From Thermoproteota archaeon (GTDB lineage: Archaea > Korarchaeota > JAOZGF01 > JAOZFZ01), in NCBI GenBank assembly GCA_027492035.1, contig JAOZFT010000033.1:1-49731 (forward strand): 49,731 bases of DNA, written 5' to 3'. The notes beneath the pieces are model-generated. The model was not told where the DNA came from and did no database searches. It was given only the letters and a program-made list of their open reading frames with translations. The position numbers were made by a program, and so were the translations under genes. Shown piece after piece: positions 49,111 through 49,731 of this stretch; position 1 is the first letter of the stretch, and every line of letters begins with the position of its first letter.

Positions 49111-49731
49111 TTAGATTCTCTTTAGGAAGTAGTAAAGAGTTAATTGATGTCTTAAACGGTTATAAACTTCGCTTTTCTTTAACCATTTATTTATTGGTGT
49201 TTTAAGTCTTTTATTGAGTAAATTGATGGCTTCCTTCATTTTTTCAAATCTTAAAGGTTTCTTTTTGAAAGCTAAACGACTTATTTCCCTAAACCTCCAT
49301 ACTCCCAATGGTATCCATTCTTTGTAAACTTCTAGAAAAGCTATTACCGCTGCTTGTTTCTTTATTTTGTTTAGGAACTCCAGTACAGGAAGTTTAACTG
49401 CGTAGTATGCACCTGTTATGTTTCCAGCGTATTTCTTTCTCCCCTTTGTTAATTCGTAATCTGAGTAAATTACTGGGTTGTTTGAAACAAGCCATGTTTC
49501 CATTGCTTCAAACATCCAAGGTGAAGGGGCTATTAAAAACTGGACATTGTTTCCCAAGGCTTCATGTCCAAAAATTAAATATTCACTTATTTCAGGGTGG
49601 TCAAGTATTTTCTTGCGTAAATTTTCAGATAGGATGCTGTCCACTGCCGTTATGCTCCATTCAGTTGGAACAATTTTCCTTTTATTCTTTAAACCAAGTA
49701 AACCAAGCGAGAATATTCTTGTTATTTGTGT
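49111..49731 (-). CDS. nre: archaeal Nre DNA repair protein (5' part lies beyond the window)
   Basis: Frame stays open to the window edge: FSLGLLG..RKIVPTEWSITAVD, GRKKYA..GAYYA, PLGVW..RE, C-terminal PIP-like QLTLYYF. Confidence 0.85.
   Translation of the reverse strand, partial: TQITRIFSLGLLGLKNKRKIVPTEWSITAVDSILSENLRKKILDHPEISEYLIFGHEALGNNVQFLIAPSPWMFEAMETWLVSNNPVIYSDYELTKGRKKYAGNITGAYYAVKLPVLEFLNKIKKQAAVIAFLEVYKEWIPLGVWRFREISRLAFKKKPLRFEKMKEAINLLNKRLKTPINKWLKKSEVYNRLRHQLTLYYFLKRI

Noticed and set aside
1-49731. CRISPR arrays, tRNA/rRNA genes, intact IS elements or integrases
   Set aside because: No regularly spaced repeats, no GC-rich structured RNA-like segments and no transposase or integrase motifs seen by eye; tRNAscan/Infernal would confirm

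Overview
Low-GC, Lys/Glu-rich, archaeal-type chromosomal window (evidence: LysX, Nre, TATA/BRE-like promoters, GGAGGTG Shine-Dalgarno sites; probably a thermophile, lineage not assignable from sequence alone). About 40 intact genes, mostly metabolic or housekeeping: heme O synthase, GH3-family adenylating enzyme, BchE-like B12 radical SAM, divergent homocitrate-synthase-like/lysX/isocitrate-family dehydrogenase trio, COG1470-ABC trio, threonine aldolase, alpha-oxoamine synthase, type IIA P-ATPase, amidinotransferase, MPG, M1 peptidase, class III aminotransferase, LIV-type ABC operon, pyrD/pyrK/pyrE/pyrF, VapBC and Nre. Three decayed accessory patches (about 1-1200, 20300-21620 and 41600-44100) hold gene relics that the ORF track misses (S-layer-like, DUF4143 ATPase, SPL-like radical SAM, beta-propeller, hsdM). 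I saw no rRNA, tRNA, CRISPR array or intact transposase. The best candidate for an undescribed system is the 1362-5327 cluster: heme farnesyltransferase, a lidless GH3 ligase, a BchE-like radical SAM and a membrane partner, possibly a tetrapyrrole or lipid tailoring pathway. Several other enzymes carry non-canonical active-site motifs. All family calls come from motif recognition by eye; no database searches were run.
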